Assembly: GCA_963779755.1 (NCBI GenBank)
Contig: CAVZZO010000003.1
Location: forward strand, 1,746,633-1,810,632
Reading direction: 5' to 3'
Source of the DNA: an uncultured Gemmatimonadales bacterium
GTDB taxonomy: Bacteria > Gemmatimonadota > Gemmatimonadetes > Gemmatimonadales > GWC2-71-9
Length of the DNA stretch: 64,000 nucleotides
Shown piece by piece: positions 25,514 to 36,346 of the stretch. The stretch's first letter is position 1, and each line of letters starts with the position of its first letter. The translations under genes were made by a program, and so were the position numbers. The notes below the pieces were generated by a model. The model ran no database searches. It worked only from the letters and a program-made list of their open reading frames with translations, and was not told the origin of the DNA.

Positions 25514-27535
25514 GTGAATCCCTCTGCCCTGCGCTCCTCCCGCATCTGGCTTCCGGCCGCCCTGGCCCAATTCATCGTCGCTATCCCCGCCCTGGGGCAG
25601 TCCTCTGCCCCGTACCCGTTGGGCGAAATCGTCGTCTCGGCCGAGCGCCCGGTGTCGGAAGCGGCCAGCACGGTGCGGACCATCAGCCAGGCTGAGATCG
25701 AGGCGCTGGGTGCCCGCAACCTGGACGAGGCGCTGCGGCTGGTGCCCGGCCTGATCGTCCGCCACGGCGCCGACGGCACGCCGAGGGTGGACATGCGCGG
25801 GTTCCGCACCCGGCAGGTCACCCTGCTCCTCAACGGGATCCCGTTCAACGCCACGGACGACGGACAGTTCGACCCCGGCCTCATCCCGGTGGAAGAGATC
25901 GCGGCCATCAAGGTGACGGGCGGCACCGGATCGGTCCTTTACGGCCAGGGCGGGCTGGGTGGAGTGATCAACGTGATCACTCCCGGGGGTGGCGGCCCTT
26001 CCCACGCCTCGCTCCGCGCGGAGGCGCGCCAGACGGGCAGCCAACTGGCCCGGGGAACCGTGTCCACCGGCCATGGCCGGCTGTCGTTCTTCGCCTCGGG
26101 CAGCGTGCTGCACTCGAACCTCTATCCTTCCTGGAACGCCTCGCCCACACTCGAACCGGTGTCGCCGGTCCGACGGATCAACAGCGACCGCGAGCGTACC
26201 AACGGCTTCCTCCAGGCCGGCTACGAGCTGGGGCATCGCGGCAGGCTCGGGCTCACGCTCAACTCGGTTACCGGCTATCAGGGAAAGCCGCCCAGCATCG
26301 TTGACGATCCCGCCGACCCGTTTGCCAACCGGGTGGTGTATGATCGGATCGGTCGTCTGACGGGATTTGCCGCCCAGGTGGGCGGGAGCTATGACTTCTC
26401 CCCCGGCTGGGGCGTCCGCGCCTGGGCCTTCCGCAATCTCCAGCGCGACACCACGACCCGCTACGCTGATGCAACCCTGGACCCGGCCACGGTCCTCGCC
26501 GCCGCGGGCACCTCCCGCGATTTTACCCGCACCGTGCTCGCCGGCGGCGGCGCCCAGATCCGTCTGGGCATCGTTCCCCTGGGCCGCCTCACCCTCGGGC
26601 TCAACGCCGAACACGACGGCTGGCAACAGGAATCGCAGGCTGCGACCAGCGGCGGGGGCGGGGGCGGCGGTGGTGGTGGTGGGAGCGGCTCCGTCACCAT
26701 TCAGAACACCGCCACCAGCGAGACGCTGGCCCATTACGGAGTGGCGCTGGAGTATCAGATACATCCCGTCCCGCGACTCGGTCTGGTGGCCGGAGCGCTG
26801 CACGGCTGGCTGGCGAGCGGCGGCGTCCGCCAGGAGGCGAACGGGTACTCGCTGGGGGCGGCGTATCAGCTCTCCCGCAACGATCGCCTCCGCGCCGATG
26901 TGGCTCACCGGTTTCGCTTTCCCACCCTGCGCCAGCTGTACGACCGCTCCTTCGGCAATCCGGCGCTGCGTGCGGAGGAGGCCGGCCTGTACGAGCTGGG
27001 TGCGGAACACCGGGTGGGCCGGGCCGGCTTTCTGGGACTGACGCTGTTCCAGACCGATGCCCGTGACTTCATCGAGCGCCTCGGGAGCGGCGGCTACGCC
27101 AATGCGGAACGCTATCGCTTCCGCGGGGTGGAGCTGACGGGCACGATACAGCCGGTGCGGCGTGGTATTCTACGAGTGAGCTACGCCTTTCTCGATGCCG
27201 ACAACCAGTCCGCCGGGGCCGGCGGCGCGACCCTGCAATACCGGCCCCGCCACCGGGTCACCGCCCTGGCGCGATATTCCGCGCCTTGGGGTAGCGCCGC
27301 CGCCCTCGATCTGGAATACGTGGCGGGAGAGGTCTATCTCCCGAGGCGGGGCTCGTTCGCCGCGCGCAATCTGCCGGACTTCGCCGTCGTGGGTATCCGG
27401 GTGGAGCAGCGGATCAGGCGCGTGCTCGGCATCTACGGCGGCGTGAATAATCTGCTGGATCAGGCCTACGAAGAGGCCTACGGCTTCCCCGCGTCGCGGC
27501 GCACCGCCTATCTCGGGCTCGACGCCCGGATCTGA
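25514..27535 (+). CDS. TonB-dependent receptor
   Basis: GTG 25514. Signal peptide, then a plug domain (LDEALRLVPGLIV, RGFRTRQVTLLLNGIPFN, IKVTGGTGSVLYGQGGLGGVINVIT) and a long beta-barrel. There is an internal poly-Gly tract. Confidence 0.8.
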   Translation: MNPSALRSSRIWLPAALAQFIVAIPALGQSSAPYPLGEIVVSAERPVSEAASTVRTISQAEIEALGARNLDEALRLVPGLIVRHGADGTPRVDMRGFRTRQVTLLLNGIPFNATDDGQFDPGLIPVEEIAAIKVTGGTGSVLYGQGGLGGVINVITPGGGGPSHASLRAEARQTGSQLARGTVSTGHGRLSFFASGSVLHSNLYPSWNASPTLEPVSPVRRINSDRERTNGFLQAGYELGHRGRLGLTLNSVTGYQGKPPSIVDDPADPFANRVVYDRIGRLTGFAAQVGGSYDFSPGWGVRAWAFRNLQRDTTTRYADATLDPATVLAAAGTSRDFTRTVLAGGGAQIRLGIVPLGRLTLGLNAEHDGWQQESQAATSGGGGGGGGGGGSGSVTIQNTATSETLAHYGVALEYQIHPVPRLGLVAGALHGWLASGGVRQEANGYSLGAAYQLSRNDRLRADVAHRFRFPTLRQLYDRSFGNPALRAEEAGLYELGAEHRVGRAGFLGLTLFQTDARDFIERLGSGGYANAERYRFRGVELTGTIQPVRRGILRVSYAFLDADNQSAGAGGATLQYRPRHRVTALARYSAPWGSAAALDLEYVAGEVYLPRRGSFAARNLPDFAVVGIRVEQRIRRVLGIYGGVNNLLDQAYEEAYGFPASRRTAYLGLDARI

Positions 27536-27549
27536 GCCCGTCTCTCCTG

Positions 27550-28173
27550 ATGCCTACCCGGCCTCCCCACTCCCGCTCACTGGCGATTGACCCGCGGCTG
27601 CAGCAGGCGGCGCGGCTGCCTTCGCTGACCAAACATGCCGCGTCGCCGATCTCGCTGATCGAGGCCGCGATTCTCTTCCTGGCCGGGAGCGCCGCCTCCG
27701 CCCTGACCAACCTGCTCCGGCTCCATCTGGGAGTTCCGGGAAGCAGCATCGTGTACGCCGCCTTCCCGCTGGCGCTGGGGTTCGCCCTGGTGCCGCGTCG
27801 TGGAGCCGGATCGGTAATGACCGCCGCCGCCCTGCTGGCCAATGTGGCGTTTGCCCTGGCGGGCGCCCGGCTCGACGGTGTCGGCGCCCAGACCAGCCTG
27901 CTGCTCACCGGCCCGCTCCTCGATCTGGCGCTCCGCCGTTCCGCCGGCGGCTGGCGTCTCTATGCCGCGTTCATTGCCGCCTGCACCGGCAGTAACGCCG
28001 CGGCCTTCGTAGTGCGCGCCATGGCGCGGGCAGCGGGCCTGCACGGCACCGGTATGGGAGGTGGGACTCTCGCTACCTGGTGGCCCCACGCGATCTGGAC
28101 CTATGCCGCGGCCGGCCTGCTGGCGGGGCTCATCAGCGTAGCGGCCTGGTTTCAGCTCCGGCCTGCCCGGTGA
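27550..28173 (+). CDS. polytopic membrane protein, unknown family
   Basis: 207 aa with about 5 hydrophobic segments. It starts 14 nt after the receptor stop. Confidence 0.55.
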   Translation: MPTRPPHSRSLAIDPRLQQAARLPSLTKHAASPISLIEAAILFLAGSAASALTNLLRLHLGVPGSSIVYAAFPLALGFALVPRRGAGSVMTAAALLANVAFALAGARLDGVGAQTSLLLTGPLLDLALRRSAGGWRLYAAFIAACTGSNAAAFVVRAMARAAGLHGTGMGGGTLATWWPHAIWTYAAAGLLAGLISVAAWFQLRPAR

Positions 28174-28874
28174 TTTTTCTGGGCATTGACGACACCGACA
28201 TGCCCGGTACGCCCGGCACCAACCAGCTGGCCCGCCGCCTCGCGGCGGTTCTCCCGGGCGGCTTCACCTGCAGCATGATTCTGCGGCACCAGCTGCTGGA
28301 TGATCCGCGGGTGCCCTGTACCAGCAGGAACGGCTCCGCTTCGCTCGCGATCATGCACCAGACAGGACGCGAACCCGATGAGCTGCTTCCCCTGGTCCGG
28401 GACACCATGCGGGAGTGGCTGGTGCCCGGGAGCGACCCGGGGTTCTGCCTGGGAACGGTGGTCCCCGCGATGGTGACCGCGTTCGGGCTCCGGTGCCAGC
28501 GGGAGCTGGTGACGCGGGAAGAGGCACGCGCGCTCGGCCGTGAAGCGGGACTGCGTCTGGAAGGCCTGGGCGGCACCGAAGGCGGTGTCATCGGCGCACT
28601 CGCCGCCGTGGGGCTCCTGGCGGGAGGAAACGATGGGCGGGTGGTACACCTGCCAGGATGGACCTGGCCGGACACTTTTGCGGGCTGGCAGCATTACGAG
28701 GATGTGAAGGAGCGGGGAGTGGAGGAGGTCCGTACCGGTGAAGGGGACACGACGGTATTCGCCGGCATGATCCACATCGGCAAGCACCTGCGACCGAACT
28801 ATCGCGACGGGCGGGTTGTGCTGTTCGTGGAGCCGGCGGGCGAAGGAAGGTGGCGGGCAGTCAGGAAACTCTAG
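28170..28874 (+). CDS. stand-alone protein resembling the N-terminal kinase (TCKD) domain of archaeal TiaS
   Basis: GTG 28170 overlaps the upstream stop (GTGA). Motifs FLGIDDTD, SRNGSASLAI, DPGFCLG and EGGVIGALAAVGLL match my recollection of the TiaS N-terminal domain. Not verified by search. Confidence 0.45.
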   Translation: MIFLGIDDTDMPGTPGTNQLARRLAAVLPGGFTCSMILRHQLLDDPRVPCTSRNGSASLAIMHQTGREPDELLPLVRDTMREWLVPGSDPGFCLGTVVPAMVTAFGLRCQRELVTREEARALGREAGLRLEGLGGTEGGVIGALAAVGLLAGGNDGRVVHLPGWTWPDTFAGWQHYEDVKERGVEEVRTGEGDTTVFAGMIHIGKHLRPNYRDGRVVLFVEPAGEGRWRAVRKL

Positions 28875-29083
28875 ACCGAGCCGCTCACCACCCCGGCGCA
28901 TGCCGGGGCGGTGGTGTGTCGGAGTTTCTGCCACACTGTGGCGCAATCACACGCTTGCGCTGCCGCCGGGTGCGCCTCACTTTATTGACACTACTCTCAC
29001 CCCGACCCAGGTCTGTTTGCGGCAGCCATGGCCCTTGAGCCCAGGCTGTCTGCCTGCAGGCTTTTCCCTTGGTGCCGAGAGCC

Positions 29084-32000
29084 ATGTTCGCTGCGGTCCG
29101 CCGCTTACGCGGCATGCCGCCACCCGCCATCGTCCTTCTCGCGGCGGGCCTGGCGGTGGCGTGTCACTCCGATTCTCCCACCGGCCCCGGCCCCCAGCCG
29201 GAGGTTGCCGGCGTGGTGGTGACCGCCCTCCGCCAGCTGCTGGCGCCGGGAGATACCCTACAACTGGTTGCGCAGGTAATGGACTCGGCCGGCCGGGTGC
29301 TCCCCACCGAACCGGTGTCCTGGACGTCCAGCGATCCGGGCGTGATTCAGGTGGACGGGCAAGGGATGGCCACGGCCCAGTCGGTGGGCAAGGCCATCAT
29401 TACCGCCAGCTCCGGCAGTCACACGGGAGCGGTGAGTCTCGAGGTCGGCGTCTCCCAGTTGTGCCCCTGCACCAGAATCATCGACTCGACGTCGGTCGCG
29501 CTGGAGTCGCGCGACGACTCCACCGGCGTCTACGTCTTCCGCATTCTGCGCGGCCCGCCACCCGACGTGGATTCGGGCTCCATCCTGGTCGGCGCCGAGG
29601 GCGAGGGGTACATCCGCCGGGTGCAGCATGCGTCCCTGGCGGGCGACGTGCTGACGGTCCAGACTACGCAGGCGTACGTGGAAGAAGCGGTGCAGGAGGG
29701 CGGTTTCTCCACGACCGCGTTCAGCGATTCCTCCGAAGGCGTGCCGGCGCCCGGGGGCGGCGCGTGGCTGGGACCGTGGAAGACGGTCTACATGGCGCCG
29801 GGCGTCAGCCTCAACCGGGCCGGGCTCTGCTGTACGCTGGACGGCCTCTCGTTCTCCATCAAGGTCACGCCGTCGGCGAGTGCACCGGTCTCCGGCCAGG
29901 TGGACTTCACTATTGACAAGGGCGACATCGATTTCTCCCCCCGGACCTCGATGGTGACGAAGGTCCACCTGAGCAAACTGGTGAAGTTCCAGCACGTGCT
30001 CCGCGGGAATCTTGCCCTCAACATCGATCAATACACGCTCAAGGTCGGTGTTACCGGCAGCCAGGGGCTGACCGTCCTCAAGAAGGAAAGCCAGAACTTC
30101 ATCATCCAGCAGCGGCCCTATGCCACCTTCATCGGCCCCATGCCGGTGCTGGTCATCTTCACCAAGAAGATCTCGCTCGACATCACGCCCAGCGTGGGCG
30201 CCAGTGTCACGTTCACCGGCTCCTACCACGCCTCGCTGGGGATCGAGGCGGGCGCGCGGTGGACCGACCCCGGCGGCTGGAAGCCGGTCTTCAGCGCGAC
30301 CTCGTCACGCGACGCCACCGCGCCGAAGATCGCCGGAGTGGAAGGCACCGCGGCGGTCAAGATCGCCGTGGTGCCGGAGTTCAACATCCTGCTCTACGGT
30401 GTCGTGGGCCCGTACATCAACCTGGAGCCCTATGCCAACGCCTCGGCGTCCAGCGTGCTGGGGCTCTCGGGCGGAACGCCCACCGGCCTGGATTGGGAAA
30501 CCGCGATCGACCTCGGGCTCAATCTCAATGGTGGCGCCAAGCTCTCCGTGATGGGACGGAAGGACCTGTTCGAGTTCGGCTACACCGTGCCCCTGATCAA
30601 GCCGAAACGCCTGGTGCGGGACTTCAGCGACGGCCAGCTCACCATCCGCAGCATCACTTCCGGCCAGGATACCCCATCCACCTTCGGGGTCCAGCTCCGG
30701 CCGGCGTTCGTGGACCAACTGCCGCTCCTGGGGATCCGCGATCTCCAGTACGACTCGGTGGACAGCACCATCGCGCCCAACGGGACCCTGGTGCTGGACA
30801 AGATCCGCTCGGGCACGGGCTATCCCCACCGGCTGGCGCTCACCCAGATCGCCGGGAACTGCTATGACAGTCTGCCCAACCCGGATACGGTCGCCATCGG
30901 CTCGCATGCCTTCATTGCGCTGGGCGGCGCCGCGACCGACACCCTGTTCCGGGTGAACTGTATCCCGCTGGGCGATCTCGATGTCCAGACCAGCGTCAGC
31001 GGCCCCAGCCCGCCCCCGCGCTTCCGGGTGATTCTGCTGCGGCGGGACACCGTCGGAGTGGGCCGGGCGGACACGCCCGATACGGTGGACATCCCCGGAG
31101 GCCACGCGCCGGCGGATACGGTGCTGGAGAAGTTCATCCCGGTCAATCCCCGCCGGGGGGAACCGGCCGGCTGGACGCGACGCTGGAAACCACCCGGCGC
31201 AACTGCGCCGTCGCGCGCCCGTCCACCAGCCAGCTGGTGATCCAGTCCGGGGATACGGTCGCCACCCAGTACCTGGTGACCTGCGTCCCGCTGGGGAGCA
31301 TCATGATGTCGGCGGCCACCTTCGACCCGGATCCGCCACCCGGGCAGAGCAGCCTGGTGTACCAGCCACAGGTGGCGCCGCTGGCCGTGCAGGACAGCGT
31401 GGCGCTGCCGCCCGGTCCGCTCACGGCCGGCGACAGTACCATGGTGGACAGCCTGGTACCGCTCTACAACGCCAGCGGCGCGCCCGGGAAGTACACCACC
31501 CAGCTCACCGGGGCGCCGAACCGGTGTTCCGATCCCCAGGGGCTGGCCCGCTCGGTCACGGTGCTGCCGGGCGACACGGCCATCACCGCCTATTCCCTGC
31601 ATTGCGTCGAGCGGCTCCATGTCGTCACCACGACCCTGGGCCCCGGCACCGATGCCAACGGCTATAGCATCGTCATCCTGCACCCCGGCGGTACGGTGGA
31701 CACGCTGGCCGCCGGCCCCGACGATACCGTGCCTGTGGCCGGCCTGGCGCCGGGCCAGCATATCCTCAAGCTGGCGGATGTCGAGCCCAGCTGCATCGCC
31801 CCGGCGGCCGATACCGTGATGGTGAGCGCCACCGATTCGACCCTGGCCCGGTTCTTCGTCTCCTGTCCGGCACCGCCGCCGCCCTCCGGGCTGATGGCGA
31901 CCACCGTCACGACCTCGCAGATCGACCTGGCCTGGCGACCGGCCGGACCGGACAGCGTGATCGCGAGCTATCGCCTCTATCGCAACGGCGCGCAGTACGA

Positions 32001-32679
32001 CTCCACCGCCGATACCACCTTCAGCGATGCCGGCCTGGCACCGTACACCCAGTTCACCTACCAGGTGGCATCGGTGAACCATGCCGGCCTGGAAGGGCCC
32101 CTGAGCGGGCCGCTGGCCGTCCGGACGCTCGATGCCACGCCGCCCACCGCACCGCAGAATCTCTCGGCGGCGGCGGCCGGCGGGTTCCAGGCCAACCTCA
32201 CCTGGAGCGCGGCGACGGATCCCGAAACCGGCATCGCAGGCTACCGGATCTATCGTGGCGGGGTGCTGGTAGACAGCACCTCCGGCACCGCGTACGCGGA
32301 CACCAGTCTGGCGCCCAATACCACCTACAGTTGGGAAGTGTCGGCGGTGAACGGGCAGGGACAGGAGGGTCCCCGCAGTACGCCCGCATCGGCCACTACC
32401 GCTTCCCTCACAACCACGGGTGAGATCCGCGTCACCGTGGTCACCTCGGGCGTTATTCCGCAGTCGCCGTTCGAGGTACTGCTGGAAGGGCCGGACCGGC
32501 TCACCGGGCCGGTAGCGCCGAACGGAAACGCGATCTTCACCGATCTCACACCCGGCTCGTACAGCGTCCTGTTGCGAGGGACGCCCGTGACCTGCACTAT
32601 CACGGAGCCCAATCCCCGGACCCTGGGGGTCGTGGCCGGCCAGCAGGCGCAGACCAGCTTCACGGTGGTATGCCAGTGA
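29084..32679 (+). CDS. giant surface lipoprotein: Big_2 domain, unknown beta-rich domain, repeated Cys-pair modules, two FN3 domains, CarboxypepD_reg-like end; interrupted by one frameshift
   Basis: Lipobox LAVAC. Two ORFs (29069-31240 frame 2, 31237-32679 frame 1) join into a continuous repeat pattern (...FIPVNP / GGTGRLDATLETTRRNC...) across the C4/G6 run at 31148-31160. FN3 pattern: SQIDLAWRP...YRLYRNG, ANLTWSAA...YRIYRGG. Confidence 0.7.
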
Positions 32680-35619
32680 TGGACAGACGCCGCCGGCGGC
32701 CTCGTCTCTGGGCCGCCCTCGCCTTCCTCGCGGCGGTGGCCTGCCACTCCGATACCACCGGACCGGCCGGACCGCCGTCCGCATCGCGCTCGTTGGTCGA
32801 GGTGACCAACGGCGTGGTCGCCTCGGGGGAAACCACCAGCGTGCAGCTCGTCCTGATGGACGCCGGCGGAAACCGGGTGGAAGCAGGCGGCAATACGGTG
32901 GCCTTCGGATTGATGGCCGGCACCAGCGGTGGGACGATGGGGCCGGCCCTCGATCTGGGTAACGGCACCTATACGACGACCTTTACCGGCATCGTCGCCG
33001 GCACGCCGGCCACCGTGACCGCTTCAATTGACGGTTCGCCCGTTACCAGTCCGCTGCCGACCATCCAGGTAGTGCCGGGCCCCGTTTCGCTCGCGGTATC
33101 GGTGATTGACGTCTCACCCGGCACGGTGACCCGCGGCGGTCAGGCAACGATCACGCTGGACACGCGCGACGCCGCGGGCAATCCGCTGGGGAAGGGCGGT
33201 CTCGGCGTGGCCTTTGCCGCCGGCGGAGGCACCGCGACCGGCACCATGAGCCCGGTGACCGATCAGGGCGACGGGCATTACACCGCCGTCTTCACCGGCA
33301 CCGGCCTGGGGAGCCCCCTGACCATCGGCGGCACGGTGGACGGCATGCCGCTCACCAGCGCATTGCCCACCCTGTCCGTGGCCTACGGCGTCGCGGGCGA
33401 TTCGTCGGTCATCTCCGTTTCGTCCGACACCGTCTCCGTCAACCAGGGCATCACCCTGACGCTCCAGGTACGGGACTCGGCCGGGGTCGCCAGAACGTCG
33501 GGCGGCGATACCGTCGCCTTCAGCTTCCAGAACACCGGAGCCGGCGACGGTACCATCGACAGCACCACCGACCTGGGCGATGGGAGCTATACCGCCAGCT
33601 TCACCGCCTCGCAGGCGGGGGCGGTCATTATCGGCGCGACGCTCAACGGCCGGGCGGTAGGCGGCACCCAGCCGATGGTGAGCATCCTCGGCGCGTCGGT
33701 CAACCCGCAGAACTCCGGCGTCAGTGTCTCCCGCGATACCGTCGCGGCCGGCGACAGCGCCACACTGACCCTGACGGTCCGGGATCTCGACAGCAACCAG
33801 ACCGCCGCCGCCGGGCTCAGCATCGTCTTCACCGCCGGGGACGGCACTACCGGCGGCGGCACCATCGGGCCGGTGACCGACCACGGCGACGGCACCTATA
33901 CGGCGCAGTTCACCGGCATGCGCGCCGGACCGGCGGCGGAAATCGGGGCGGTGATCAACGACACCGGCCAGGTGCAGATGCTGGATTCCACGGGCGCCTC
34001 GCAGCTGCCTACGATTACCGTCATCCCGGGGCCGGTGGCGCCGGATTCGTCGGTCTTCAGTGCCAGCCCGTCCCGGGTGAATGTGGGGGATTCCGCGCTC
34101 CTGCGGCTGGACACGCGAGACGGCTACGGAAATGCGCTCCGGCAAGGCGGCCTGGCGGTGAGCTTCCAGCGTACCGGCGGCGCCGGCGTCAGCGTGGGCC
34201 ACCTGGGCGCGGTGGCGGACCAGGGCGACGGGACCTACCTGGCGCATTACTTCGCCGATACCGCCGGCGTGGGCGACACGCTGAGCGCCCTGATCGGCGG
34301 GGTGCCGGTCACGACCGCCATGCCGGTCATCGAGGTGACCTGCACGGCGGGCCCGGTGAACCTGCAGCAGTCCGTCATCACCGTCAACGACACCACGTCC
34401 CTGCAGTCGCCGTCAAGCCAGGTCGCCCTTCCCTCCGGGGTGACCACGACCATCACGCTCCAGCTGCGGGACGACCACGGGTGTGCCGTCACCGCGAGCC
34501 ATAGCGTGAGCTTCAGTGCGACCGGGGGGACCAGCACCGGCCAGCTGGGAGCGACGGTGGACCAGGGCGACGGCAGCTATACCGCCACCTTCACCGGCAT
34601 GCCCTGGCGGGGACCGCGCTGGACAGTGCGGGGCCACCGTGGACGGCAATGCGGTGACCTCGACTTCACCCACCATCACCGTGATTCCGGGCGATATCTC
34701 GGCGCAGACCTCGTTCGTCACGCTTACACCTGCGGCACTGGATTCCGGCGCGCACAGCGCCGCCACACTCCATGCGCGGGACGCCGCCGGGAATGTCCTG
34801 GTGACGGGTGGGCGGAACGTGGTCTTCAGTGTGGCCGGCACCCCGGCGCACGGGTCGGTAGGGCCCGCGACCGATCCGGGGAACGGCACCTACGTCGCCG
34901 TCTATACCGCCACCGCGGTGGACCCCGCCACCCCCGACTCGGTGACCGCCTTCATCGAAGGCACGCCACTCCAGATGACGCCCCCCACGGTCCTGGTGGT
35001 GGCGGGTACTATCTCGCCCGATCAATCGCTGGTATCGCTGGGAGGGACGACCGTCGCGGCGGGGGATTCGGTGCTGCTTACCCTGACCGGCAAGGACGCG
35101 GCCGGACGAGCACTGGTCACGGGCGACCGGACCACGGCGATCGCCTTTACCCAGGCCGGGCCGGGCACCGGCGTGGTGGGAACGTTGCAGAACCCGGACG
35201 ACGGTAGTTATCACGCCTGGTTCTACGGCCGCAGCGCCGGCGGGCCGACCACCATCGGCGCCCTGATCGGCGCCGCCGCGGTCACCACCCCCCTGCCCAC
35301 GCTGAGCGTGGTAGCCGGCCCCGCCTCCCCGGCGACCTCAACCGTCACCGCCGCGACGGACAGCCTCGACGTGGGCCAGACAACCACCGTCGAGCTGCAG
35401 GTGTCCGATGCCTACGGGAATCCGGTGAACAATGCCGGGCTCTCGGTGGCGTTCACCGTCAGCCCCGGCACGGTGGGGACGGTCGGTGCCGCATCGTACG
35501 TGACGGGCAACACCTGGTCCGCCACCTTCACCGCGGCCGGATCGGGGACCGCGGATGTGGGCGCGACGATCAACGGGGTGGCGGTGACGACGCCGCCGGC
35601 GGTGATCGGGGTGCCCTGA
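32670..35619 (+). CDS. giant lipoprotein of ~10 invasin/intimin-like Big_1 Ig repeats; interrupted by frameshift(s) near 34600-34640
   Basis: Lipobox AAVAC. Repeats of ~95 aa follow the pattern ...RD.AGN...G..V.F...G..G...D.GDG.YTA.FTG. The reading continues from ORF 32670-35207 (frame 3) into ORF 34516-35619 (frame 1). Confidence 0.7.
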
Positions 35620-35626
35620 CCCCGCA

Positions 35627-35676
35627 GGGCGACGCGCAGGGGCGACGCATGCGTCGCCCCTGCATGCGTCGCCCCC
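35627..35676. repeat. REP-like nested palindromes
   Basis: GGGCGACGC gca GGGGCGACGCATGCGTCGCCCC tgcat GCGTCGCCCCC. The central 22-mer is a perfect palindrome. It sits between convergent gene ends, 9 nt from the RAYT stop. Confidence 0.8.
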
Positions 35677-35684
35677 GACGCGGT

Positions 35685-36237
35685 TCATAACCGCCGCGGG
35701 TTTTCCCGGATATACCGCCGGACCCGGTCCAGCATCCGGTCATCCCGGATGATCCATTCGTGGTAATTCCGCTGCCATAACCTGGCCCCTGGCGTCCCGC
35801 ACCATTGGTTGACCCGCCTGGTCACGGCGGATTTGTACGATCCGACGATGGCCCCGACGGATCCCGGCGGCGCACCGGATGGTCGGGACCGCAGGGGCGA
35901 CGCATGCGCGCGCCGCGGGGGCATGCCTCGCCCCCGCGGCGTCCGGAGCCATCCATCCCCCGCCAACCAAAATGATCCCGTGCACATGGTCCGGCATCAC
36001 CACGAATTCGTCCAATGTCACGCGCGGGAAATGGTGGGGGATCTGATGCCACACGTTCAGCGCGATTCGGCCGGCGGCGCTCAACACCACCCTACCCGGA
36101 ACGCGGTGTCCGAACAGCCGGCGGCGGCCATGCAGGCAGATGGTCACGAAATATCCGCCCGGCCGCGTGTAATCGTATCCCTTCAACCGGGTGGACCGGC
36201 GGTGATATCGCTGGCGGGCATAGCGGTCGTACACCAT
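35685..36237 (-). CDS. REP-associated tyrosine transposase (RAYT / IS200-like Y1 family), one frameshift
   Basis: The N-terminal ORF has the HUH motif (VMPDHVHGIILV). The C-terminal ORF has GAIVGSYKSAVTRRVN and LWQRNYHEWIIRD (catalytic Tyr region). The frames switch near the C5/G5 run at 35957-35961. Confidence 0.75.
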
Positions 36238-36346
36238 GACGGAGCATCATGGCGAAAGACCGTGCCCTCGGGATCCGAAAGTCGCGGAGAGGAGCGGAAT
36301 CGCCCAACAGGGCATCGCCAACCCGCAACGCAGTTATCATCGGGAC

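Noticed and set aside
26641-26690. Poly-Gly tract (SGGGGGGGGGGSGS) in the TonB-dependent receptor as a separate repeat or slippage feature
   Set aside because: It is in frame, short and built from mixed GGN codons. It is most simply a flexible loop in the barrel.
31148-31160. Programmed -1 ribosomal frameshift at the G6 run in the giant lipoprotein
   Set aside because: In the zero frame the run is split cgG GGG Gaa, which is not a canonical X XXY YYZ slippery heptamer. No obvious downstream pseudoknot was seen. Many other genes in the window carry similar breaks, so indel error or decay is more likely.
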